Assembly (NCBI GenBank): GCA_040752415.1
Contig: JBFMGU010000002.1
Span: forward strand, 1-64,000
Reading direction: 5' to 3'
Length of the DNA: 64,000 nt
From: Myxococcota bacterium
GTDB lineage: Bacteria > Myxococcota > JACRCW01
Each line of letters starts with the position of its first letter. Position 1 is the first letter of the stretch. Shown here one piece after another: positions 9,715-17,539 of this stretch. The position numbers and the translations under genes were made by a program. Below the pieces are notes generated by a model, which saw nothing but the letters and a program-made list of their open reading frames with translations, made no database searches and had not been told where the DNA came from.

Positions 9715-11733
9715 ATGTGCAGGTCCTTTGGCCAATGGGTGGGTGGCGCGGCGGCGCTGCTGCTGCTCGGGCAGCCGGTGACGGCCCGCGCCGAGCCGGA
9801 AGCGTGCGGCGGCACGGCCAACTTCCCCTGCGCCTTCCAGCTCCGGGAGGTCTCGCTGCAGCCAGTGCCCAACGTCTTCAAGTTCCAGGCGCGGGTCAGC
9901 CAGGCCAAGCTCCCCGTGGGGGAGGGCGTGTTCAACCGCGTCATCGTCAACCTCAACCGCGGGGATGAGACGCTGTGTCGCGAGGAGTTCCGCGACGTGC
10001 GGGTGGTGGACAGCACCATCAACGTCGAGATTGGCCGCAACATGAGCTGTGAGATGGACCAGGTCATTGCGGAGAACCATGACCTGTTCTTCCAGGTGTG
10101 CCTGGGCGGTGAGGACAACTGCCTGCGACCGGTCTCCCTCGGCAGCTCCCCCTACGCGGTCAAGAGCACGTTCGCGTCGCAGGCGCAGGAGGCCCACCAG
10201 TCCGACGTGGCCGGCCAGGCCCACTACGCCCACCGCGTCACCGCCGACCGCGACCTCTTCCTCACCAAGGAGCTCGGGACCGGGTACTTTGACTTCTTCA
10301 CGCCCGCCGAGGCGCCGCTGCTCTACACGCCCGCGGACTTCGAGCAGTACCGCAACGGCGGCTTCCTGCAGTGGACGCCCATGGATGAGCAGGAGCCCAC
10401 CCTGCACATCGTGGGCAAGGACCACCAGACCGACCAGGTCGTTCCGCTCGGCCGCCTGGTGCTGGGCGCCGACAACACCGACACCACCGGCCGCCTCACC
10501 GTGCGCTCGGGCGGCATGCAGGTCAACGGCTCCAGCTCCCTCACGGGCAACACCACGGTGCGCGGGCAGCTCAAGGTGGACCGCCCCGCGGGCACCGGGC
10601 CCCAGGGCCTGCAGGTGACCGGCAACTCCGCGGTCAACGGCACGCTGACGGTGAGCGAGGCCATCGCCGTGAACCCCGGCGGGATCGACGTCACCGGCGC
10701 CAGCAACTTCACCGGCCAGGTCACGGCGCAGGAGATCACCGTCAACTCCCTGCGCGTGCTGGGGGAGTTCGCGGTGCCCGGGGAGATCACGCTGGGAGGT
10801 GTCTCCGGCGACTTCTCCGTGGCCAATGACCTGGCGGTGGGCAACAGCATGCTGGTGGTGGGCCCCATTGCGGTGGGCGAGGGCCTGGCGCTCAACAGCG
10901 GCGTCAACGGCGACGGCGGCACCGCGCTGGTCCATGACCCCGGCGACACGCTGACCATCAACCCCGGCAGCGTCTTCTCCGGCGGCACGCTCATCGACAG
11001 CAACCTCAACCTCAACGGCACCCTCAGCGCCTCCAGCCGGGTCAACGCCCGCGACCTCCGGCTGGGCTACGGCATCAACGGCAGCGACCACGCCAACGCG
11101 GGCCTCCTGGAGTACCGCCCCTCCTTCCAGAACGACGCGCTGACCATCACCGGCGCGGGGACCAGCACCACCAACCGCAAGGTCAAGCTCTACGACGACG
11201 TGGTGGTGGACGAGAGCCTCACCGTGGGCGAGGAGCTGCGCGCGGGCAACTACGCCTCCACCCCCGCCGTCTACCTGGGCCTCGGCGGCTACAACACCAC
11301 CCGCAACCTGGGCTTTGCGCTCAACGCCGGCGACCACACCTTCGCCGGCCACATCGCGTACCGTCCGTCGGACTTCCCGGGCTACCTCACCATTGCCGGC
11401 GCCGGAACCAGCACCACCAACCGTGCCATCTACCTGCTGGACGACGTCACCGTGGACGAGGACCTGGCGGTGGGCGGCAACGTCTCGGTGTCGGGGAACG
11501 TCACGGTGGGCGGCAGCTCGGTGTGTCGCGCCAACGGCACCAACTGCCCCGGCGCGGCGTGGCCGGCGGGCAGCTACTGCATCCTGCAGCGCGGTGGCTC
11601 CTGCCCCGCCGGGTTCAGCTCGGGCTTCCGCTACTGGGACGACGAGGACAACAACAACGCCAACTCCCATGGCGGCGTGGTGCCGGACGGCTCCTACGGC
11701 GGAAACACGCGGCTCAACTTCTGTTGCAAGTGA
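9715..11733 (+). CDS. Secreted trimeric fibre/adhesin-like protein with C-terminal ApeC (apextrin)-like module
   Basis: RBS GGAGGT at 9703, ATG at 9715 (in frame with track ORF 7984..11733), signal peptide. N-terminal FQAR...E....V.....VEIG...L.SSPYA fibre-base motif; Gly/Val/Thr beta-repeat shaft; C-terminus WPAGSYCILQRGGSCPAGFSSGFRYWDDEDNNN...PDGSYGGNTRLNFCCK. Confidence 0.8.
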   Translation: MCRSFGQWVGGAAALLLLGQPVTARAEPEACGGTANFPCAFQLREVSLQPVPNVFKFQARVSQAKLPVGEGVFNRVIVNLNRGDETLCREEFRDVRVVDSTINVEIGRNMSCEMDQVIAENHDLFFQVCLGGEDNCLRPVSLGSSPYAVKSTFASQAQEAHQSDVAGQAHYAHRVTADRDLFLTKELGTGYFDFFTPAEAPLLYTPADFEQYRNGGFLQWTPMDEQEPTLHIVGKDHQTDQVVPLGRLVLGADNTDTTGRLTVRSGGMQVNGSSSLTGNTTVRGQLKVDRPAGTGPQGLQVTGNSAVNGTLTVSEAIAVNPGGIDVTGASNFTGQVTAQEITVNSLRVLGEFAVPGEITLGGVSGDFSVANDLAVGNSMLVVGPIAVGEGLALNSGVNGDGGTALVHDPGDTLTINPGSVFSGGTLIDSNLNLNGTLSASSRVNARDLRLGYGINGSDHANAGLLEYRPSFQNDALTITGAGTSTTNRKVKLYDDVVVDESLTVGEELRAGNYASTPAVYLGLGGYNTTRNLGFALNAGDHTFAGHIAYRPSDFPGYLTIAGAGTSTTNRAIYLLDDVTVDEDLAVGGNVSVSGNVTVGGSSVCRANGTNCPGAAWPAGSYCILQRGGSCPAGFSSGFRYWDDEDNNNANSHGGVVPDGSYGGNTRLNFCCK

Positions 11734-11786
11734 GCCGCCTGGTGCCTGGCGCAGTTGGGACGTCCCGGCCCGGAGATGGAGGGGTG

Positions 11787-12323
11787 ATGGAGCGCGTGGT
11801 GGGAAGATGGTGTCGAGCGCTGAGCGTGACGGTGGTGACGGCGTGCGCGGTGGCGCCGTCGGGAAACGGCTCCGGGTCGGTTGACGCCCCGCGGCCCGCC
11901 ACCAGCGAGGCCACCCCCGGCACCGTGGCGGCTCCCGCCAACCCGCCCGCCCGTGTCGAGGTGGCGCCCCGCGCCCGGACCTTTGCGCTGCTCCTCAACC
12001 TCCCACCCACCACCGTGCCGCCGCGCATGGTGGAAGCGTGGCTGGAGGTGGAGGAGGGATGGCGCATGACGTCGTCACAGGCGGGCCGGGTGGCGCAGGA
12101 GGCGGACAAGTCGGTGCGTGTGCAGGAGCGCAACGGCCGGCTGCGGGTGGTGGTGCTGTCGTCGGGGAATCTCAACACGCTGGCCAACGGGCCGCTGGCG
12201 CTGCTGGCGCTGGAAGGGGACGGCGGGTCCGCGGTGCCGCTGCGCGTGCACCCGCGCTCCAACCTGGCGCCCGGCGGCGCGGTGCGCCCGGGTGAGCTGG
12301 CGGTGGAGGAGGTCTCGCCATGA
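11787..12323 (+). CDS. Small lipoprotein with cohesin-like domain
   Basis: RBS GGAGG at 11778; MERVVGRWCRALSVTVVTAC (lipobox-like); Pro-rich linker; PRMVEAWLEV..AGRVAQEADKSV..RLRVVVLSSGNLNTLANGPLALLAL parallels the domains in 1749..2510 and 2507..9679. Confidence 0.7.
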   Translation: MERVVGRWCRALSVTVVTACAVAPSGNGSGSVDAPRPATSEATPGTVAAPANPPARVEVAPRARTFALLLNLPPTTVPPRMVEAWLEVEEGWRMTSSQAGRVAQEADKSVRVQERNGRLRVVVLSSGNLNTLANGPLALLALEGDGGSAVPLRVHPRSNLAPGGAVRPGELAVEEVSP

Positions 12324-15300
12324 TGCGCAGCCTTGCGGTGGGAGCGCTGTGGCTGGTGGCCGCGCTGGCCCAGGCGCAGGTGACCAGCGTCCCCAACCTG
12401 TGCGACGACGCCGGCGGCCTGGGCTCCAGCTGCTTCACCGACGACGACTGTGCCTTCCGCCCCTACGCCACGCGGTGCGTCGAGCACGTCCAGGGCGACC
12501 CGGCCAGCCGTCGCTGCGAGGCCCCGTGCGAGGCCGACGAGGCCCACCCCGGCACCCCCGACCACGCGGCGTGCGCCCTGGGGGAGACCTGCCTGGCCTC
12601 TCTGGGGGACGGCACCTTCTACTGCGCGCCCACCCGCTTCCGCATGGACCTCAACCTCGTGGACCAGTGCGTGGCGCACTTCCTGGCCGGCACCGGTCCC
12701 ACGCTGGGCAGCAACAACGCCTGCTCGCTGGAGGCCAACCTCAACCAGATGCTGGACCAGGACGGGGATGGAGAGTTCGACATCTTCGACGTGGACGGCT
12801 GCGTGCAGGCCTTCCTGCATGAGCCCGCGTGCAACCCGGACACCGGCACGTGTCCCACCGTGGACATGGTCTACTGCAACGCCGACGAGGATTGCGGCGC
12901 CGGCCTGTTCTGCGACGAGGAGCGCCACTTCTGCACGCGCGAGTGCGGCGTGGTGGCCAGCCGGGAGCCGGGCCTGGGCGCCCTGGAGCGCGCGTGCGCC
13001 GGACGCCTCAAGACCTGTGATCACGCGCAGGGGCGCTGCGTGGACGCCAACCTGGAGCAATACCGCTGCAGCGTGGACCGGGAGTGCCCGGTGGGCGCGT
13101 ATTGCCTGGTGGGTCGGTGCGCCGCGCGGTGCTCGCGTGCTTTGGATTGCCCGGACTCCGGCTGGTACTGCGCGCCCAACAACACCTGCCGCGTGCTGCC
13201 TTCCCCCGAGGAGAACGCGGGCAACAGCTTTGACCCGCGCAACTACGCGGTGCTCTTCGGCACCAACCAGGCCACGTTGACGCCGCTGGAGAACCACACC
13301 GAGGTGCCGCTGCTCATCATGGACCTCACCACCAAGCGGGAGGTGCTGGACAATCCCTCGGTGGGCTTCGGGTACCGGCTGGAGGTCACCTACGCGTTCA
13401 AGCAGGACCCGCGCTGCTTCCGCAGCCCGGATGAGTGGACCCTGGAGGACCGCGAGGAGTGCCTCATCGAGCCGGCCGAGGAGTTCGTGCAGCTCGCCAG
13501 CCCCTTCGGGACGGTGTTCGCGGTGGGGCGGCCCAAGGTGGCCTTCACGCTCAACCCCGCCGCCGCCGAGCGCCTCTCCCCCGGCAAGTACGTGGCCACG
13601 GTCAACGCCATCTTCGACAACGGCAACCAGGACACCGTGCAGGTGCGCTTCAACAAGACCACCGCCTCCGGCGAGTACGTGGGCTCGCTCTCGGTGGTGC
13701 TGGGCGCACCGGAGAACCAGCTCAACGCCGGCACGCTGCTGGACCTGGCCATCAAGATGGACATCAAGGAGGACCAGCTGGTGCGCTGGAACGAGCTGCT
13801 GGCCGCGGAGAACCTGGCCGCCACCTCCCAGGACTACACGGACATCACCCAGGGCCAGCTCATCCACGCCCACCTGCACGGCAATGACGCCGTGGCCTTT
13901 GCGCTGCCGGGCGCGGAGAGCCCCGCCGACAACGAGATCCCGCTCAAGGGCATCTACTCGCCGCAGCTGGGCATCATGCGGCTGGTGGGCGTGGTGGAGA
14001 TTCCCGCGGACTTCTGCCTGGGCGAGGAGGGCGCGTGCGCGGACGCCAGCGGGCTGCAGGTGCGCAACCTGTTTGGCCGCACCATCCGCCGCATCCTGTT
14101 CTTCAACGGCACCTACGACGACGTGGGACGGCGCTTCCTGGGCAACTACCGGGAGCGCGTCTCCGGGCTGTCACCGGGAGGAGAGCTGACGCTGGAGGGT
14201 GGGTTCGTGCTCAGCCAGACCTCCGCCGACGAGACCGGCCTGCAGCTCAGCGCGCCCCTGCTCCCGTCCGGCGCGTCACTGGTGGACTTCCCGCACCTCC
14301 CGGAGGTCCTCGCCGGCATCGACGCCGACGTCGCCACCTGGTGCCAGGGCAGCGAGGCCGCGGCCGCGGTGGGCAGGTTCACCTCCGCGTCCAGCTACCT
14401 CGCGTACCTGGGCTCGGAGGACTTCCCCATCTTCCCCGACGTGGTGGAGTTCAAGCAGCTCATCCAGGACGGCATCGACAACCTCCAGGATGACGACTCG
14501 CGCGCCCAGGACGTGTTGACCCTGCACGAGTACCTGGCGGGGCGGATCGTCCTGTGCGGCGAGGAGGAGGCGGCGGCGGGGGCGCCGTTGTCGTCGTCGG
14601 CGCCGGCGTGCGTGGATGAGGCCAGGCTGCGCTGCGCGCTCTCGCTCTACCGCAGGGCGGTGGTGGGCGGCCTGGCCGGCACACGCTACCTGGGCAACCC
14701 GGGCGCCAACCCCTACCCGCTCTTCTGCTCCAGCACGCTCCCGGCGGAAGGGTGCCATCCCTCGCCCACGGAGCTGCCCTTCGTGGCCACCCTGTTGGAG
14801 CACAACCGCTTCCACCAGGAGCTGGCGCAGGCCACCAAGTTCCAGGCTGACCAGGACCTCTCCGACGCGTTCTTTGCCCTCTACCGCAACCGGCTCAACC
14901 CCTTCACGCAAGGGGCGGCGCTCAACTTCAAGGCCGACAAGCTGGAGCGCGCCAACCGCCGCTACGACGACCTCACCGCGCTGGTGCTGGAGCCCGCCGC
15001 GGCCTCGGTGCTGTTTGACTGGCGCATGTGGGCCTTCGAGGCGCGCGGGCAGGAGTGGCTGCGCCAGATGCACGTCATGGCCGCGGACCGCATGGACGCG
15101 CTGGCGGAGCTGGTGGACCTGCGACGCCGCATCTACGCCCGCGACGGCGAGCGGCAGCAGCTCCTGGGCGAGCACCTGGCGCAGATGGAATACCTGCAGC
15201 AGGTCTACCTCATGGCCCTGCAGCGCGAGTGGCAGGGTGAGGACTTCAAGTACGGCGGGGAGGCCGGCCTCATCCTGGAGCGCCTCAAGGTCATCCTCAA

Positions 15301-17539
15301 GCAGCTGCACCAGACCCGCAATGCGCTGGGCGTGGTGCCGGAGCAGGTGTTCTTCGAGAACAGCGACCCCTCGCTGGTGAACTGGCGCTCCTACCTGCGC
15401 ATCCTCGCCGGTGACGACGGGACGGGCGGCCTGCTGGCGGAGGCGCAGTCCCAGATCGACAGCGCGGTGGCCAACCTGCAGGCCTCGTTGGCCGACGTGG
15501 ACGCGCTGGAGGACCGCATCTTCGAGCTGAACAACGAGTACGAGGGGGCGCTCATCGAGCTGTGCGGCGACGAGGAAGCCTCCGCGCCCTGCAACGCGCT
15601 GTGGCAGAAGGTGGCCGCCTGGGAGCAGAACGGGACGTCGCGGGCGGACATCCTCAGCCAGATGGAGGCGTTCATCCAGAACCGCTGCGGCAGCAGCGAC
15701 CCCCTCGCCGTGCTCCTCGGAGCCGCGCCCGCCTCGGCTTCCTCGGAGGAGTGCGAGTGGGTCAAGAGCGAGTTCGTCAGCGAGTACAACGCCCAGGGGC
15801 CCGCCTGCCCCCTCAGCGCGGCCAAGCACAACATCATGGTCCGCGGAGAGCGGCGCGCGTGCATTGGCGGCGCCATGGGCGGCCTGCTGCTGGAGAAGGA
15901 GGGACTGCTGCGCGAGCGGGAGGGCATCCGCCGCGACATGATGACGCTGCTCAAGCGCCTGGAGGAGTTCGCCGAGACGCGGGATTACGTGGAGGGGATC
16001 CACATCGGCCAGCGGCTGAGCCTCATCCTGGTGCGGATCATCGAGCTGGTGCTCACCTTCGTGGACAAGGCCAACAAGACCGCCTCCGAGGTCGCCGACG
16101 AGGTGGCGGAGAGCGCCAACTGCATGCTCATTGCCGGCCTGGCCGCGGGCACGGACTGTCCGCAGAGCTTTGCGTCGGGCGCCAGCAAGGTCTCCGTGAC
16201 GGTCGCGCGCACCGTGGGGGAGCGCGTGGTGGAGACGCTCAAGGAGCAGGCGGTCAACCTCTTCGAGATCGCCAACATGGAGTTCGACTTCGCCATCGAG
16301 GACCGCGAGGCGCAGCGCGAGATGACCGAGATGTCCTACGAGAGCTACGCGCTGGTCACCGCCTACATCGCCAACATCCAGGCCTCGCTGGCGGTGGAGG
16401 CGGGCATGGCGGAGACGCGCTTCCTGGCCAAGGACGCCGCCGCCGGGCTCAACGACTCCCTGAGCCTGCTGCTGGACCACCTCGTGGGGCGGGAGAGCGG
16501 CAGCGTGCTGGTGGGCAACTTCCTGGTGCGGGAGAGCTCCGCCACCTTCCGTCGCGCCCTGCAGGTGGCCTACCGCATGGTGCTGGCGTTTGCGCATCGC
16601 TACAACCTCAGCGTCGCGGAGCGGAACCAGCTCATTGCGCAGGTGATGCAGGCGGTCACCGTCGAGGACCTGCAGGCACTGGTGCAGCTGCTCATCGAGC
16701 GGGAGCGCGGCTACTGCGGCCGGGAAGCCATTGATTGCGACGCGTTCAACAACCTCAACGTGCTGCGCCTGAGCCTGCGCGACCTGCTCTTCCCGCAGCT
16801 CCGCGACCTGGTGGACCCCGCCACGGGGCGCGTGGTCACCCGGGGTGAGCAGTTCCACAACATCATCACCTCCCCGCCGTTCCTGCGTCGCCGGGTGCGC
16901 GGGGCGTGGGCCGTGGACCAGGTGGAGCTGCCCTTCACGGTGCTGCTGCAACAGCGCGACCCCGGCGACACGCGCGGCTGGCTGCTCAACCCCACCCAGT
17001 GCAACCACATCCTGGACGGCGACCCCACGGCCGGCGCGCTGGAGGCCGGCACGGTGGCGGTGAACGTGGTGGGACAACGACTGGGCCCGGCGGAACGCGC
17101 CATCACCTACGAGCTCGGTCGCGGCCACGTGGACCAGATCCGCGCGTGCCACGCCGAGTCCGTGCAGACGCAGATCGGTTCGCTCCCGGAGCTGGACTAC
17201 CCCATCCGCACGCAGGTGGTGGGTTACTCGTCGGAGAGCGCGCAGGGCCAGCAGACGCAGCCACCCACCTACTTCGTGCGCTCCGGCGAGCTGAACGCGT
17301 GCCTCAACCAGGCGGAGTCCGCCGGGCGGCTGGACGGTGGCTCGTGCTGGCACTTCTTCGGCCGGGATCGCAGCCTCGCCTCGCCGGACTACACGCTCTA
17401 CATCCCGCTGGCGATTGACGGCGAGAACACCAGCAACTCGTGGATCACCGGCGCGGGCCTGCCCGAGTCGCAGCGTCCCGTCATCGAGGACGTGGTGCTC
17501 TACCTCCGCTACCGCACCCGTCCCATCTCGGAACCGTGA
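12320..17539 (+). CDS. Large secreted protein with Cys-rich N-terminus, dockerin-like Ca loop and TcA-like coiled-coil/hydrophobic hairpin (putative pore-former)
   Basis: 1739-aa ORF, signal peptide ending AQA; DQDGDGEFDIFD loop; long helical heptad regions flanking LSLILVRIIELVLTF..CMLIAGLAAGTDC; C-terminal FRRALQVAYR...SLRDLL...DVVLYLRY; ATGA overlap with upstream gene. Confidence 0.75.
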   Translation: MMRSLAVGALWLVAALAQAQVTSVPNLCDDAGGLGSSCFTDDDCAFRPYATRCVEHVQGDPASRRCEAPCEADEAHPGTPDHAACALGETCLASLGDGTFYCAPTRFRMDLNLVDQCVAHFLAGTGPTLGSNNACSLEANLNQMLDQDGDGEFDIFDVDGCVQAFLHEPACNPDTGTCPTVDMVYCNADEDCGAGLFCDEERHFCTRECGVVASREPGLGALERACAGRLKTCDHAQGRCVDANLEQYRCSVDRECPVGAYCLVGRCAARCSRALDCPDSGWYCAPNNTCRVLPSPEENAGNSFDPRNYAVLFGTNQATLTPLENHTEVPLLIMDLTTKREVLDNPSVGFGYRLEVTYAFKQDPRCFRSPDEWTLEDREECLIEPAEEFVQLASPFGTVFAVGRPKVAFTLNPAAAERLSPGKYVATVNAIFDNGNQDTVQVRFNKTTASGEYVGSLSVVLGAPENQLNAGTLLDLAIKMDIKEDQLVRWNELLAAENLAATSQDYTDITQGQLIHAHLHGNDAVAFALPGAESPADNEIPLKGIYSPQLGIMRLVGVVEIPADFCLGEEGACADASGLQVRNLFGRTIRRILFFNGTYDDVGRRFLGNYRERVSGLSPGGELTLEGGFVLSQTSADETGLQLSAPLLPSGASLVDFPHLPEVLAGIDADVATWCQGSEAAAAVGRFTSASSYLAYLGSEDFPIFPDVVEFKQLIQDGIDNLQDDDSRAQDVLTLHEYLAGRIVLCGEEEAAAGAPLSSSAPACVDEARLRCALSLYRRAVVGGLAGTRYLGNPGANPYPLFCSSTLPAEGCHPSPTELPFVATLLEHNRFHQELAQATKFQADQDLSDAFFALYRNRLNPFTQGAALNFKADKLERANRRYDDLTALVLEPAAASVLFDWRMWAFEARGQEWLRQMHVMAADRMDALAELVDLRRRIYARDGERQQLLGEHLAQMEYLQQVYLMALQREWQGEDFKYGGEAGLILERLKVILKQLHQTRNALGVVPEQVFFENSDPSLVNWRSYLRILAGDDGTGGLLAEAQSQIDSAVANLQASLADVDALEDRIFELNNEYEGALIELCGDEEASAPCNALWQKVAAWEQNGTSRADILSQMEAFIQNRCGSSDPLAVLLGAAPASASSEECEWVKSEFVSEYNAQGPACPLSAAKHNIMVRGERRACIGGAMGGLLLEKEGLLREREGIRRDMMTLLKRLEEFAETRDYVEGIHIGQRLSLILVRIIELVLTFVDKANKTASEVADEVAESANCMLIAGLAAGTDCPQSFASGASKVSVTVARTVGERVVETLKEQAVNLFEIANMEFDFAIEDREAQREMTEMSYESYALVTAYIANIQASLAVEAGMAETRFLAKDAAAGLNDSLSLLLDHLVGRESGSVLVGNFLVRESSATFRRALQVAYRMVLAFAHRYNLSVAERNQLIAQVMQAVTVEDLQALVQLLIERERGYCGREAIDCDAFNNLNVLRLSLRDLLFPQLRDLVDPATGRVVTRGEQFHNIITSPPFLRRRVRGAWAVDQVELPFTVLLQQRDPGDTRGWLLNPTQCNHILDGDPTAGALEAGTVAVNVVGQRLGPAERAITYELGRGHVDQIRACHAESVQTQIGSLPELDYPIRTQVVGYSSESAQGQQTQPPTYFVRSGELNACLNQAESAGRLDGGSCWHFFGRDRSLASPDYTLYIPLAIDGENTSNSWITGAGLPESQRPVIEDVVLYLRYRTRPISEP

